Numbered from the stretch's first letter, positions 48,744-57,625 are shown. The stretch: DNA of 57,824 bases from Lachnospira sp. (GCA_028693195.1 JAQUVV010000001.1:1-57824), one strand, 5' to 3'. The notes: generated by a model not told the origin, from the sequence alone. A program made the numbers and translations.

Positions 48744-49097
48744 CTAAAGGCTCATGCGAATTGCTGGAATGTTTGCTTTTTCCCCAGTCTGCCAATCAGT
48801 GTATCTTGCGTGCACCTGTGTAAGTCCTTCCAGCCTGGCGCCTGCGGCCTCAAAAGCGGCCAGTGCTGCAATCAAACTTGAGAAAGTGCTGGAAATGGTA
48901 AACTCTCGGACGCCTGCTTCTTTGCACCCCTTTACAATTGGCTCGACATCATAATCCCATATCACATCGTCAAAATTCAAAAGTTCGTTGGCTGCTTCCT
49001 TGGAATTCCGATAAGCCCAATACATAGTAGGGTTGATTCCCTGTTCCTCCATTGATTTGCTCATGTCTACGTTTTCAAATAATGTAATCTCTTTCAT
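48744..49097 (-). CDS. Conserved phage hypothetical protein
   Basis: 'AY..S......LNFDDVIWD.D...I......GV.EFTISSTFSSLI'; AAGGAG RBS. Confidence 0.7.
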   Translation of the reverse strand: MKEITLFENVDMSKSMEEQGINPTMYWAYRNSKEAANELLNFDDVIWDYDVEPIVKGCKEAGVREFTISSTFSSLIAALAAFEAAGARLEGLTQVHARYTDWQTGEKANIPAIRMSL

Positions 49098-49106
49098 GTG
49101 ATTGAT

Positions 49107-49209
49107 CTCCTTTTCTTTTGGTAAGTACATATTCGCTCTAAGCCAGACATATATCCAGTCAATTCGACTTATATATCCACCAAATATGTGGACTGTGAAT
49201 TGTGCATAT
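49107..49209 (-). repeat. Repeated upstream cassette, copy 2
   Basis: CTCCTTTTCTTTTGGTAAGTACATATTCGCTCTAA...ATATATCCAGTCAATTCGA...ACCAAA...ATTGTGCATAT. Confidence 0.75.
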
Positions 49210-49436
49210 TACTCAGTGATTTTTCTGCAATGGTCCTCACCATAAGCAATGCCCAGGCTGCTGCCGCAATCCCAATTCACATGAATGGTTCCAATATCAT
49301 CTACCACAAGTACGGTTCCTTTCTCTCCTGGTACCAGCTCTCGATAGGTGTCATTCATCGAAACCAACTCTACCCTGGTTCCTGCAGGATACTGTTTCTT
49401 TAATCTTTCAATTATCTCTTTTGATATTCCAAACAT
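49209..49436 (-). CDS. DUF4314-family protein
   Basis: YPAGTRVELVSMND....PG.KGTV..VDDIGTIHV.WD.GSSL...YGED. Confidence 0.88.
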   Translation of the reverse strand: MFGISKEIIERLKKQYPAGTRVELVSMNDTYRELVPGEKGTVLVVDDIGTIHVNWDCGSSLGIAYGEDHCRKITE

Positions 49437-49439
49437 ACT

Positions 49440-50294
49440 CTATCCTTTCCAAGCACAGTCTCCGGTTAGATTTTTCATAAGCTCTCGCCTGCAATCTTTA
49501 TACTCATCGCCGGATAATCCAAGCCTGAGTAGAAAGCACCGGAATGTATACTTCTCATTATATGTATTCGTTTTCTTAATAAAGGCCTTTGTGTGCACCT
49601 TCGCCATATAGCAAATGGCAAGTGCGAATTGAAGATATGCCTTCACCGCCACACCTTCCAGCGTTGCGTTAAACAATCGAAACTCTACGGTTCCTTTCGT
49701 AAACATGGCATGTAGATTCAAGCCATGATATCTAGTGCTATGATATTTTCCATCTACCAATTCGTATGGGGATTCTAAATACCAATCCTTACGTAGCTCC
49801 TCTAAGGACCCCGGCTTATTCTTTTGAATCAGGTCCACCAGCTCAGAATTGATTTTCTTACAATATCGCATCCTATCCTTTGCAATTCCCAAGGCTTTAT
49901 AAATCAAGGACTCCCTGCTACTTATGAGGGAAACCAAATTAACAATCGCTTGTGGCGTAAAATCCCTAGCGTCTATATGAATATGCATTCCGCAGCTAAG
50001 ATTAACTATAGCTCCTGCGGCCTTCAACCTTTTTACAATATCCAAAAGGATATCTAAATCCCCGTAGGATAAAATTGGTGTCACCAATTCACACTGCATT
50101 TGTTCCTCTGCCTCTATGCTCGCATCCTTGACCACTTTCCAAATCCGGTTCTCTGCATCCGGAATATATCTTTCATTCAAAATACCACCTTCATAAAAAT
50201 AGCCATTCCCAAAGAAGTCAGCCACAATATCTGCAGCCGCTTCCCTGGTGATGCCAGCAAATTCTATTTCAATTCCGAATTTCTGGTTTTTCAT
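49440..50294 (-). CDS. Amidoligase-family (COOH-NH2 ligase) protein
   Basis: FGIEIE, W.VV.DASI, CELVTPIL, SCGMHIH, RYHGLN, TVEFRLFN. Confidence 0.88.
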   Translation of the reverse strand: MKNQKFGIEIEFAGITREAAADIVADFFGNGYFYEGGILNERYIPDAENRIWKVVKDASIEAEEQMQCELVTPILSYGDLDILLDIVKRLKAAGAIVNLSCGMHIHIDARDFTPQAIVNLVSLISSRESLIYKALGIAKDRMRYCKKINSELVDLIQKNKPGSLEELRKDWYLESPYELVDGKYHSTRYHGLNLHAMFTKGTVEFRLFNATLEGVAVKAYLQFALAICYMAKVHTKAFIKKTNTYNEKYTFRCFLLRLGLSGDEYKDCRRELMKNLTGDCAWKG

Positions 50295-51090
50295 TGGCTG
50301 CCACTTCCTTCGCTCTAAGCTCTTGGTACTTCTTTTTATGAAGCTCCTTTTGCTCTTCTGTTCGAAATGCAGTGTGCCCGGAAAGTTTGCTAAGCAACAG
50401 CTTCCTGCTCATCTTATGTTCTTTCCCTCCAAAGCCAATCCTTACAAGCCAAACTCTAAAGTAATACTTTTCATTTTCTATTGGCTCTTTCTTAACTGAA
50501 ATTCTTTTTGAGTCAAGTGCAAGTTTATTTATTCTTGCAGCCAATTCAGTGAATGCTCCTATCCAATCACTATCATCCGTCACTGGGAAGCCCGTAAAAT
50601 TAATTTTCCCTTCATAAAAATCAATTCCCCTGGTTGCATCTTCTCCGCCGCACTCTTCCCACAAGGAAATAAATTCTTCTACACTTTTTGGTTCTTCCTG
50701 CTCCATGATAATTTCCATGAAACGCTCGTTTATCTCAAAAGCTCTTGCTACTCCAATGGCTTTATTAATAATTTCGCTCTTAGTGTAAAAAATGCAGGTT
50801 AAGTTTATCAGGGATAATACGGTGTGTTGTTCCAGCGGCATTGAAATCTGAAGGACTTCTCTGTTCTCATCCCAAGCATTATCAATCAGCTTCTCTTCTG
50901 TCAATTTCCTCAGTACCTCCTCATGTGCATCTGGATTTTCTACATCCAACGTTCCATCTCTTTCTACCGTAAAATCCCCGACTTTAAACGCAAAGGTGGG
51001 TGGTCCCTGGTACTTCATCTTCTCACCAATTTCTTCTGAGATGGCATTTACAAGTTCTTTTCTGTCTGCTACTAAACACATAATCTTCAT
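50269..51090 (-). CDS. Conserved phage protein ('virulence-related' family that usually precedes the amidoligase)
   Basis: RKELV.AI, Y.GPPTFAF, NEKYYFRVWL.RIGF.G.E.K..RK.LL..LSG..AFR; AAGGAGG RBS. Confidence 0.75.
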   Translation of the reverse strand: MKIMCLVADRKELVNAISEEIGEKMKYQGPPTFAFKVGDFTVERDGTLDVENPDAHEEVLRKLTEEKLIDNAWDENREVLQISMPLEQHTVLSLINLTCIFYTKSEIINKAIGVARAFEINERFMEIIMEQEEPKSVEEFISLWEECGGEDATRGIDFYEGKINFTGFPVTDDSDWIGAFTELAARINKLALDSKRISVKKEPIENEKYYFRVWLVRIGFGGKEHKMSRKLLLSKLSGHTAFRTEEQKELHKKKYQELRAKEVAANEKPEIRN

Positions 51091-51099
51091 GGCATTTGC

Positions 51100-51152
51100 C
51101 TCCTTTTCTTTTGGTAGTACATATATCACTCTAACCGCAAGAAATAGCAAGC
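51100..51152 (-). repeat. Repeated upstream cassette, copy 3 (shorter)
   Basis: CTCCTTTTCTTTTGGTAGTACATATATCACTCTAA; TTGCTA -35-like hexamer upstream. Confidence 0.65.
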
Positions 51153-51163
51153 TAATTCTGTGT

Positions 51164-52399
51164 TTATTTTTCAGTATTTTGGGCTATATTTTCATAAGAT
51201 ATCTTCTCGCCATCTCGAAGTACAAATACGTCTGAAGCAGCTCCGACTTGTTCTATAAAACGCTTTACAATAACATCCACGAATTTTTCATCCAGCTCAA
51301 TGCCAAAACAAATACGATTTGTTTGCTCCGCTGCGATCAAGGTGGAACCAGAACCTAAAAATGGATCCAACACAATACAATTACTCATACAAGAATTCTG
51401 AATTGGATATGCCATCAGCGCCACCGGTTTCATGGTTGGATGATCTTTACTGGCCTTCGGTCTATCGTACTCCCAAATGGTGGTCTGCTTTCTATCTGAA
51501 TACCAGTTATGCTTTCCGCCTTTCTTCCATCCGAACAAGCAAGGTTCGTGCTGCCATTGGTATGGACTTCTTCCCAGGACCAATGCATTCTTCTTCCAAA
51601 TACAACAACCCGAAAGATAAAAGCCTGCTGCCGCAAATGCCTTTCTGAAATTCAGTCCCTCTGTATCCGCATGGAAAACATAGATGGATGCATCCTGTTC
51701 CATTGACTGCTTCATGTTTACGAATGCTGCAAACAGAAACTTATAAAAATCTTCATCTGCCATATTATCGTTTTTTATTTTCCCGGCAGTCTCCTCAACA
51801 TTTACATTGTATGGTGGATCCGTAAGAACCATATTGGCCTTCCTTCCATCCATCAAAACATCGTAAGTCTCAGGCAGTGTACTATCACCACAGACAACTC
51901 GGTGTCTACCAAGAAGCCACACATCGCCTGCCTTTGCCACTGCAGGTTTGGAGAGCTCCGCATCAACATCAAAGTCATCTTCTGTAATATTCTTATCATG
52001 CACACTATTAAAAAGCTGTTCTATCTCCGGCGGTTCAAAACCTGTGAAGGAAACATCAAAGTCACTATTCTGTAAATCCTTAATCAAATCTGCCAGCAGT
52101 TCCTTATTCCACTCACCGGTGATTTTATTAAGTGCAACATTTAATGCCTTCTCCTTTGTCTTATCAACCTCGATAATAATGCAATCAATTTCTGTATATC
52201 CCAGGTCCTTTAAAACCGTCACACGCTGATGGCCACCAATAATTGTCATATCACTATTCACAATAATTGGATCCACATATCCAAATTCAGTAATACTGTT
52301 TTTGATTTTTTCATACTCAGCATCCCCAGGCTTTAATGCCTTTCGAGGATTGTATGCTGCTGGCACAAGGTCAGCAATCAACAATTTCTTAAACTCCAT
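51164..52399 (-). CDS. ParB-like domain plus N6/N4 DNA methyltransferase (beta class)
   Basis: YNPR, GGHQR; TDPPYN precedes HPTMKP and LDPFLGSGST. Confidence 0.92.
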   Translation of the reverse strand: MEFKKLLIADLVPAAYNPRKALKPGDAEYEKIKNSITEFGYVDPIIVNSDMTIIGGHQRVTVLKDLGYTEIDCIIIEVDKTKEKALNVALNKITGEWNKELLADLIKDLQNSDFDVSFTGFEPPEIEQLFNSVHDKNITEDDFDVDAELSKPAVAKAGDVWLLGRHRVVCGDSTLPETYDVLMDGRKANMVLTDPPYNVNVEETAGKIKNDNMADEDFYKFLFAAFVNMKQSMEQDASIYVFHADTEGLNFRKAFAAAGFYLSGCCIWKKNALVLGRSPYQWQHEPCLFGWKKGGKHNWYSDRKQTTIWEYDRPKASKDHPTMKPVALMAYPIQNSCMSNCIVLDPFLGSGSTLIAAEQTNRICFGIELDEKFVDVIVKRFIEQVGAASDVFVLRDGEKISYENIAQNTEK

Positions 52400-53492
52400 C
52401 TTTGTTACTCCTTTCGAATTTCAAATCATAAAAATAAGCGACCTCCGAGAATTTTTTCTCAAAGTCGCTTAGATATTTATAGCAAGCGCTGTTTTCTCCA
52501 TTTAAGGTTGCAAACTCTCGCAGGCTTTTCTTTTTATAAAACGATGGTTGATTACACCATCTTGCAATGGATATATAAACTCCTCGGTATGGACTCTCTT
52601 CATATCTGGCGAAACGCATCACATAAGGCATGCAGTGATACTCCATAAGGATTCTAATTCGATAAAGTAAATCAAATATATCCTGGTACCAGAACGCTTC
52701 ATCCCACCTATCTTTTCTATCGAAACCACAAAAACAATAGAATTTTAATACAGCATTGGTATATTTTCTGGCTAAAACAATCTTACTTTCAATGAGCTTT
52801 GCATCCTCCACATCATCAAAAGCAAAAATATAATCACCACCATACTTACTAGAAAATAGTTCTTCACATTTTTCTTCTGTCAATAGTCTCTCATCCAAGC
52901 CCTGTTTAAATTGAAATGCTTTCCCTGTTGCCTTCAAAGCAGTAAGAAGTTCCCTCCACTCACCACATCCGAAAAAGTTATCATCCAATAAACATATTTT
53001 CTTCCGGCTGAAATCAACAAATTCTTCTATTGCGGAATGTACACATACCTTATCGTAATTCTGGTTGACACAAAATGCACATTTACGGAAGCATCCTCTT
53101 GTCAAAAAGCCAATGGAGTAATCCAAGTAATATGTGTATTCCCTTCGCTTTCCACCTGCTGCCAATTGCTGTTCTACCCATTCATCATATAAATGATAAT
53201 CCGGCATATGATGCTCCACTTCGCTTGCCAGCTTTGGTGCCCTGTCATAAAAAAAGCCCGTCCCTCCATAAGATACATTCGGAAGGTCGAGCACATCTTT
53301 TTCAACTGGTGTATCTGTGAACACCTTTGAAATAAATATTTTGTCAAATACTGCCAGGTCCAGATAATCTGTTTTCAAAATCACATTACAATTCTGTTCT
53401 TTATAAAACCCCGACAGCTTCATGCAAACCAAATTAGGAAATCTGTGTCTCTTTCTGCCAATTAGGTCTGCGTCTATAATTGCAATCTTCAT
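52389..53492 (-). CDS. Radical SAM-superfamily protein
   Basis: FPNL..MKLS N-terminus, GGTG, TRGCFRKCAFC (CxxxCxxC), LLDDNF, QGLD.RLL. Confidence 0.75.
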   Translation of the reverse strand: MKIAIIDADLIGRKRHRFPNLVCMKLSGFYKEQNCNVILKTDYLDLAVFDKIFISKVFTDTPVEKDVLDLPNVSYGGTGFFYDRAPKLASEVEHHMPDYHLYDEWVEQQLAAGGKRREYTYYLDYSIGFLTRGCFRKCAFCVNQNYDKVCVHSAIEEFVDFSRKKICLLDDNFFGCGEWRELLTALKATGKAFQFKQGLDERLLTEEKCEELFSSKYGGDYIFAFDDVEDAKLIESKIVLARKYTNAVLKFYCFCGFDRKDRWDEAFWYQDIFDLLYRIRILMEYHCMPYVMRFARYEESPYRGVYISIARWCNQPSFYKKKSLREFATLNGENSACYKYLSDFEKKFSEVAYFYDLKFERSNKDGV

Positions 53493-53501
53493 ACCTGGCT
53501 C

Positions 53502-54020
53502 CTATCCTGATATTCTACGAATGGTTGTTGCCACTGGCTGCATTCCACTTATCTTCTGTCTTTCTCTGATTTCTTTTGCATCTGGTTCCACCTTTGGATC
53601 CGTCCAGAACCTATCCTGAATATAACAGTCATGGCTACAATATTTACGGTTAGCATTTCCATATGAATAAAACATTCTTTTGCAATAGGCACACTCTAAC
53701 TCATAGGTTGCCTTCTTCGTATGTTTGCTTTCACCCGGATGTTCCTTCCACCATTCTCTTCTGCATTTATCAGAACAAAATAGCTTCACTCCAGAATATC
53801 GATTGCGTTCCAGCTTCTTTCCACACTGCTTGCAGCAATCCGGATTTTTCTTTCGCTCTTCAAAATTCAAGGCAACTAAAGAAGCCTTCCCCAGCAAGCC
53901 ATGTGTCTTGCAAAAATATCTCACATTCTCTTTTGAGGTACCCACTACTGTTGCAATCGATTTATACCCCAGCCCCTTCAGTCTCAATTGCGTAATCTGT
54001 TTTTGCATTGCTTCCGTCAT
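53502..54020 (-). CDS. HTH plus Cys-rich zinc-finger phage protein
   Basis: 'I..LR..G.GYK.IA', CKQCG..FCSDKCR..WW, CAYC..YCSHDCY. Confidence 0.75.
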   Translation of the reverse strand: MTEAMQKQITQLRLKGLGYKSIATVVGTSKENVRYFCKTHGLLGKASLVALNFEERKKNPDCCKQCGKKLERNRYSGVKLFCSDKCRREWWKEHPGESKHTKKATYELECAYCKRMFYSYGNANRKYCSHDCYIQDRFWTDPKVEPDAKEIRERQKISGMQPVATTIRRISG

Positions 54021-54154
54021 TCATAAAACTCCTTTCTGGCATATCCTTCTTTTGGTTTTTCTAATAAAAAAAGACGCACGACTAACACACCACCATCCTG
54101 GATAACCCCAGGCAAATCCAGTGTTTAGCAGTATCGCCTAGCGTACAACTACAC

Positions 54155-54247
54155 TTACCCCTTTTCAATTTCGCGAAAATGCACGTTTGAGGGGGCATCG
54201 GTCTTCAGGCACTCAGCTCGTAGAGATTCGATATCCCCCGCCCTCCA
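54155..54247 (-). other. Candidate cos/packaging-initiation region
   Basis: GC-rich GGGGG..AATCTCTA...ACCGATGCCCCCTC....TTTTCGCGAAATT..GGGG directly after the HNH gene, the usual position in HNH/P27-terS cos phages. Confidence 0.5.
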
Positions 54248-54607
54248 TCAAAATCGGTACACAGGATTGCTGTCTTCCTTCCACGTTTTTTTATCATGGC
54301 AAGGCTTACACAATGGTTGCCAGTTTGTTTCATCCCAAAAGAGAACTGGATCACCACGATGAGGTTTGATGTGATCAACAACCGTCGCCTTCACCAACCT
54401 GCCTTCCTTCTGACACTCCACACACAATGGGTGCTGATGAAGAAACCTTGTCCTGGCCCTCTGCCATTTACTATTGTATCCACGCTTCCCTGAGCTCGCC
54501 CGGTCACCACGATGTAATGCTTCATGTTCTTCGCAGTAGTAACAACCATATGGTATCAGCTTCGAGCACCCTGGGTGCTTACAGGGAACGTTTGGTTTAT
54601 GTGGCAT
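54248..54607 (-). CDS. HNH endonuclease (terminase-associated, HK97 gp74-like)
   Basis: RGY..KW..AR..FL..HPLC..C, ATVVDHIKPHRGD..LFWD..NWQ.LCK.CHD.KT. Confidence 0.92.
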   Translation of the reverse strand: MPHKPNVPCKHPGCSKLIPYGCYYCEEHEALHRGDRASSGKRGYNSKWQRARTRFLHQHPLCVECQKEGRLVKATVVDHIKPHRGDPVLFWDETNWQPLCKPCHDKKTWKEDSNPVYRF

Positions 54608-54616
54608 GCCACCACG

Positions 54617-54741
54617 CTCCTTTCCTGTATGTATGGGTGCGGCGAAAGGATTAGAAACTCCGCACCCGCACCAAAAGAAAGCAAAGAAAAAAGGCCCTGC
54701 AGGAACACCCGCAACGCCTCTCTACACTTCTTTGCATTATA
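54617..54741 (-). promoter_or_regulatory. Late-operon leader: -10 TATAAT, terminator-like hairpin and predicted SD-sequestering pseudoknot
   Basis: TATAAT at 54736-54741; hairpin plus U6 at 54687-54719; GGGTGCGG/CCGCACCC stem whose loop TCCTTTC complements the SD GAAAGGA. Confidence 0.55.
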
Positions 54742-54939
54742 AGATTACCACATACTTCTACGAAAAACAGTTTACTTTTTTTGTTAAGTGTCCTACAAGA
54801 TTATGCTTCGGCAATGGCAATATAAGCAATGGGTTCCCTTTAATCAAGGACCTCCAACCTTTCTCTTTTTTACTTCCACTTTTTGGAATAATATGCTATA
54901 TTGAGTTTAGTAGCATTGGTAGCCAGCAAGGAGGCACCA

Positions 54940-55134
54940 GTGAAAGAAAAAGAATTAAAAATTTACGAAGCACCAGGCCAGAAAAGAAACATCCCACGCA
55001 TCTTATTACAGGGCGACTGGCTATCTCAAATTGGTTTCCATACTGGAGACCATATCAAAGTAACATATCAAGATAATCGTATCATTGTGGAATCTTCCCC
55101 GGATACCACATCGACCTTATCCCAATCCAATTAA
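54940..55134 (+). CDS. SymE-family (AbrB-fold) toxin-like protein
   Basis: IPRILLQGDWLSQIGFHTGDHIKV; AAGGAGG RBS before GTG 54940. Confidence 0.7.
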   Translation: MKEKELKIYEAPGQKRNIPRILLQGDWLSQIGFHTGDHIKVTYQDNRIIVESSPDTTSTLSQSN

Positions 55135-55204
55135 TTTTACATATTAACCACAGTATTATAAAACAGGCTACTTTTGCTACGAAAAATACAGAAAGGCGAC
55201 TCAT

Positions 55205-55519
55205 ATGTTTACACAAAAAGACATTAAACTATTGGAACAACCTTATTTTCAGGTAATGCGAACGACTGAAAGCTTTTATGAAATTCAATCTAAGAATACC
55301 AAACATTGCTGGATTATTCGCAAGCCAGCAAAGTCTGGTAAAATGGCTGTACAGCTTCACCATAAGCACACAATAAAAACAGCGTATTACCACGATCATG
55401 CTTATGCATTCAATGTGGAACACGCCATTCGTTTAATAAAAGAACACGATGCTTATGTTTTACATCCTGAGAACTATACCTATGCTAACGCTAAAAAGTG
55501 TCATGCATCAGCTCAATAA
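55205..55519 (+). CDS. Hypothetical protein (His-rich C-terminal half)
   Basis: GAAAGG RBS; 'YEIQSKNTKHCWII...LHHKH....YHDH...AI..IK.HD'. Confidence 0.6.
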   Translation: MFTQKDIKLLEQPYFQVMRTTESFYEIQSKNTKHCWIIRKPAKSGKMAVQLHHKHTIKTAYYHDHAYAFNVEHAIRLIKEHDAYVLHPENYTYANAKKCHASAQ

Positions 55520-55996
55520 ATATGCTGCCACCTGAGATTCTCTCAATTGATACTCACGAACCAAGCTATCGATTGCTTTCCTTCGGTAATCCGATATGGT
55601 TCTTCGGTTCAGATACTTCGAAACCTCTAATTCATCCCAGGTCATCCCCTCCAAAACCAGCGCTTGCATAATCTCTCCTTCTTTCCCAGGTAATCGACGA
55701 ATAGCTTCTTCCAGAAATATGATTTCTTCATCCAGATGTTCATACTGCTTCAGCAGGTAAGAAAAGAAATCCTCGTTCATTTTACGCTGCCTTTCTCTGA
55801 ATGAAATTGCAACCTTTGCAGTCTTATCTGATAACTCACTACTCTGAACGCGTTCTCCATCTGGATGAGAGAAACACATAGATGCAATCACATCTTCTTC
55901 TGTGAAACCAATGCTATTCATTTGGCTAAGCAAGATCTGGCGTTCCCGTTTCATGCTTTCATACTCACGTATCATTTTTTCTACGTATTCCTTCAT
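55508..55996 (-). CDS. Sigma-70 region-4-like HTH protein, probable late-transcription regulator
   Basis: 'GERVQSS..SDKTA..A', 'I..LP......I.....EGMTW..L......RRTI..YRRKAI'; lies between SNF2 and HNH. Confidence 0.65.
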   Translation of the reverse strand: MKEYVEKMIREYESMKRERQILLSQMNSIGFTEEDVIASMCFSHPDGERVQSSELSDKTAKVAISFRERQRKMNEDFFSYLLKQYEHLDEEIIFLEEAIRRLPGKEGEIMQALVLEGMTWDELEVSKYLNRRTISDYRRKAIDSLVREYQLRESQVAAYLLS

Positions 55997-56013
55997 CCTT
56001 TCAACATCCTCCT

Positions 56014-57363
56014 TTACTTTTTCTTCGGTGCTATCCTGGCCTTGACCGCATCCAATAATGCTTCCTGCGTACAATCCTTTGCTTCCAGTGCTTTTAAGAC
56101 ATCTTCATCGATGGTGTCTTTCGTTATCAAATGCTGTATCGTTACCGTTTCTTTTTGACCCTGACGCCAGAGTCTTGCATTACACTGTTGATATAATTCC
56201 AAACTCCAGGTCAACCCGAACCAAATTAAATGGCAGCCGCCCTCCTGAAGATTTAATCCATGCCCGGCACTGGCCGGATGAATAATAGCTATTGGTATCT
56301 TTCCCTGATTCCATTTACTGATATCTTCGCTTTTATCAATTGAAGTCGCATCAAACCGTTCTATGATTCTATCCCTGTCATGCTTAAACCAGTATGCAAT
56401 CAGTACCGGTTTTCCATTGGCAGCTTCTATCATGTCCTCAAGCGCGTCCAGCTTCCGTTCATGAATCAGTTTCACTTTTCCATTTTCATCATACACCGCA
56501 CCATTTGCCATCTGGTGGAGCTTGTTGGATAATCCAACAGCAGATGCTGCGTCAATATCTCCATCTGCAAAAGGAAGAATCAAATCAGCTTTTAGCTGTT
56601 CATACATCTGCTGCTCTTTTTCATTCATTTCCACTTCCACATTGGACAGTACCAACTTTGGCATCTGCAGATGATCTTTTGCTTTCATAGAAACACAAAT
56701 ATCGGAAATCTTTTCATAGATTGCTTCTTCCGCACCATCACGTGGCTTATAAGAAAAAATCACATCACGATTTCTCTTATCCGGCATAAAGTATCTTTCC
56801 CGGTATCCACCAATGAACCTCCCCAGTCGTTCTCCCATATCCAACAGATTAATCTGCGCCCACAAATCGATGAGACCGTTTGGTGCCGGTGTTCCAGTCA
56901 GCCCAACAATATACTTAATCCCAGCTCTGGCTTTCCGCAAAGATTTAAATCGTTTTGATTGATGGCTCTTAAAAGAACTCAACTCATCAATTACCACCAT
57001 ATCAAAACGGAACAACTTATTCTCTATCAACCAGGTTACATTTTCCCGATTGATGATATACACAAATGCCCTCTTACTAAGTGCTTCTCTCCTTTCCTTC
57101 TCAGAACCAACCACAACAGAATATGTGATTCCTTTTAGGTGATCCCACTTTTCGATTTCTTTTGGCCAGGTATCTCTCGCCACTCGAAGGGGCGCAATAA
57201 TCAAAACTCTGCCTACCATAAAATAATCCAAAAGCATCTCCCAAAGAGCTGACAAAGTAATAATCGTTTTTCCAAGACCCATATCCAGCAGAAGTCCTGC
57301 TGCCGGATGCTCTATAATAAACTGCTGCGCATATTTTTGATAATCATGTGGCTCGTATTGCAT
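56014..57363 (-). CDS. SNF2-family (SF2) helicase
   Basis: LDMGLGKT, VIDELS, LTGTP, HPASAGHGLNLQ, Q.NARL.RQGQ. Confidence 0.93.
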   Translation of the reverse strand: MQYEPHDYQKYAQQFIIEHPAAGLLLDMGLGKTIITLSALWEMLLDYFMVGRVLIIAPLRVARDTWPKEIEKWDHLKGITYSVVVGSEKERREALSKRAFVYIINRENVTWLIENKLFRFDMVVIDELSSFKSHQSKRFKSLRKARAGIKYIVGLTGTPAPNGLIDLWAQINLLDMGERLGRFIGGYRERYFMPDKRNRDVIFSYKPRDGAEEAIYEKISDICVSMKAKDHLQMPKLVLSNVEVEMNEKEQQMYEQLKADLILPFADGDIDAASAVGLSNKLHQMANGAVYDENGKVKLIHERKLDALEDMIEAANGKPVLIAYWFKHDRDRIIERFDATSIDKSEDISKWNQGKIPIAIIHPASAGHGLNLQEGGCHLIWFGLTWSLELYQQCNARLWRQGQKETVTIQHLITKDTIDEDVLKALEAKDCTQEALLDAVKARIAPKKK

Positions 57364-57625
57364 CAATTATCCCTCCAATCTGTTCTGTATTATCCATGCA
57401 GAAAACTAAAAATCCTAATGCTTCTAATTGCCTTTTTCTCTTTTCTTGTAATGCCCGCAAGGTTTTTCCTGGCGCCTTCAACTCAATAAATCCAATCTTC
57501 CCATCTGGAAAAAGAACGATTCTATCCGGCACACCATCTAAACCCGGACTTACAAACTTTAAAGCAAGACCCCCCATTTGCTTTACCTTCCTGACAAGTG
57601 CTTGCTCGATTGATTTCTCTCTCAT
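57344..57625 (-). CDS. VRR-NUC domain nuclease
   Basis: EK.IE, KFVSPG..GVPDR, FIELKAPG..R.LQ. Confidence 0.92.
   Translation of the reverse strand: MREKSIEQALVRKVKQMGGLALKFVSPGLDGVPDRIVLFPDGKIGFIELKAPGKTLRALQEKRKRQLEALGFLVFCMDNTEQIGGIIDAIRAT

Noticed and set aside
48443-51152. CRISPR array or diversity-generating retroelement repeats
   Set aside because: Only three irregularly spaced copies separated by whole genes; no cas or reverse transcriptase gene
54606-55076. 156-aa plus-strand ORF
   Set aside because: Spans the late leader and overlaps the SymE-like gene out of frame; no RBS
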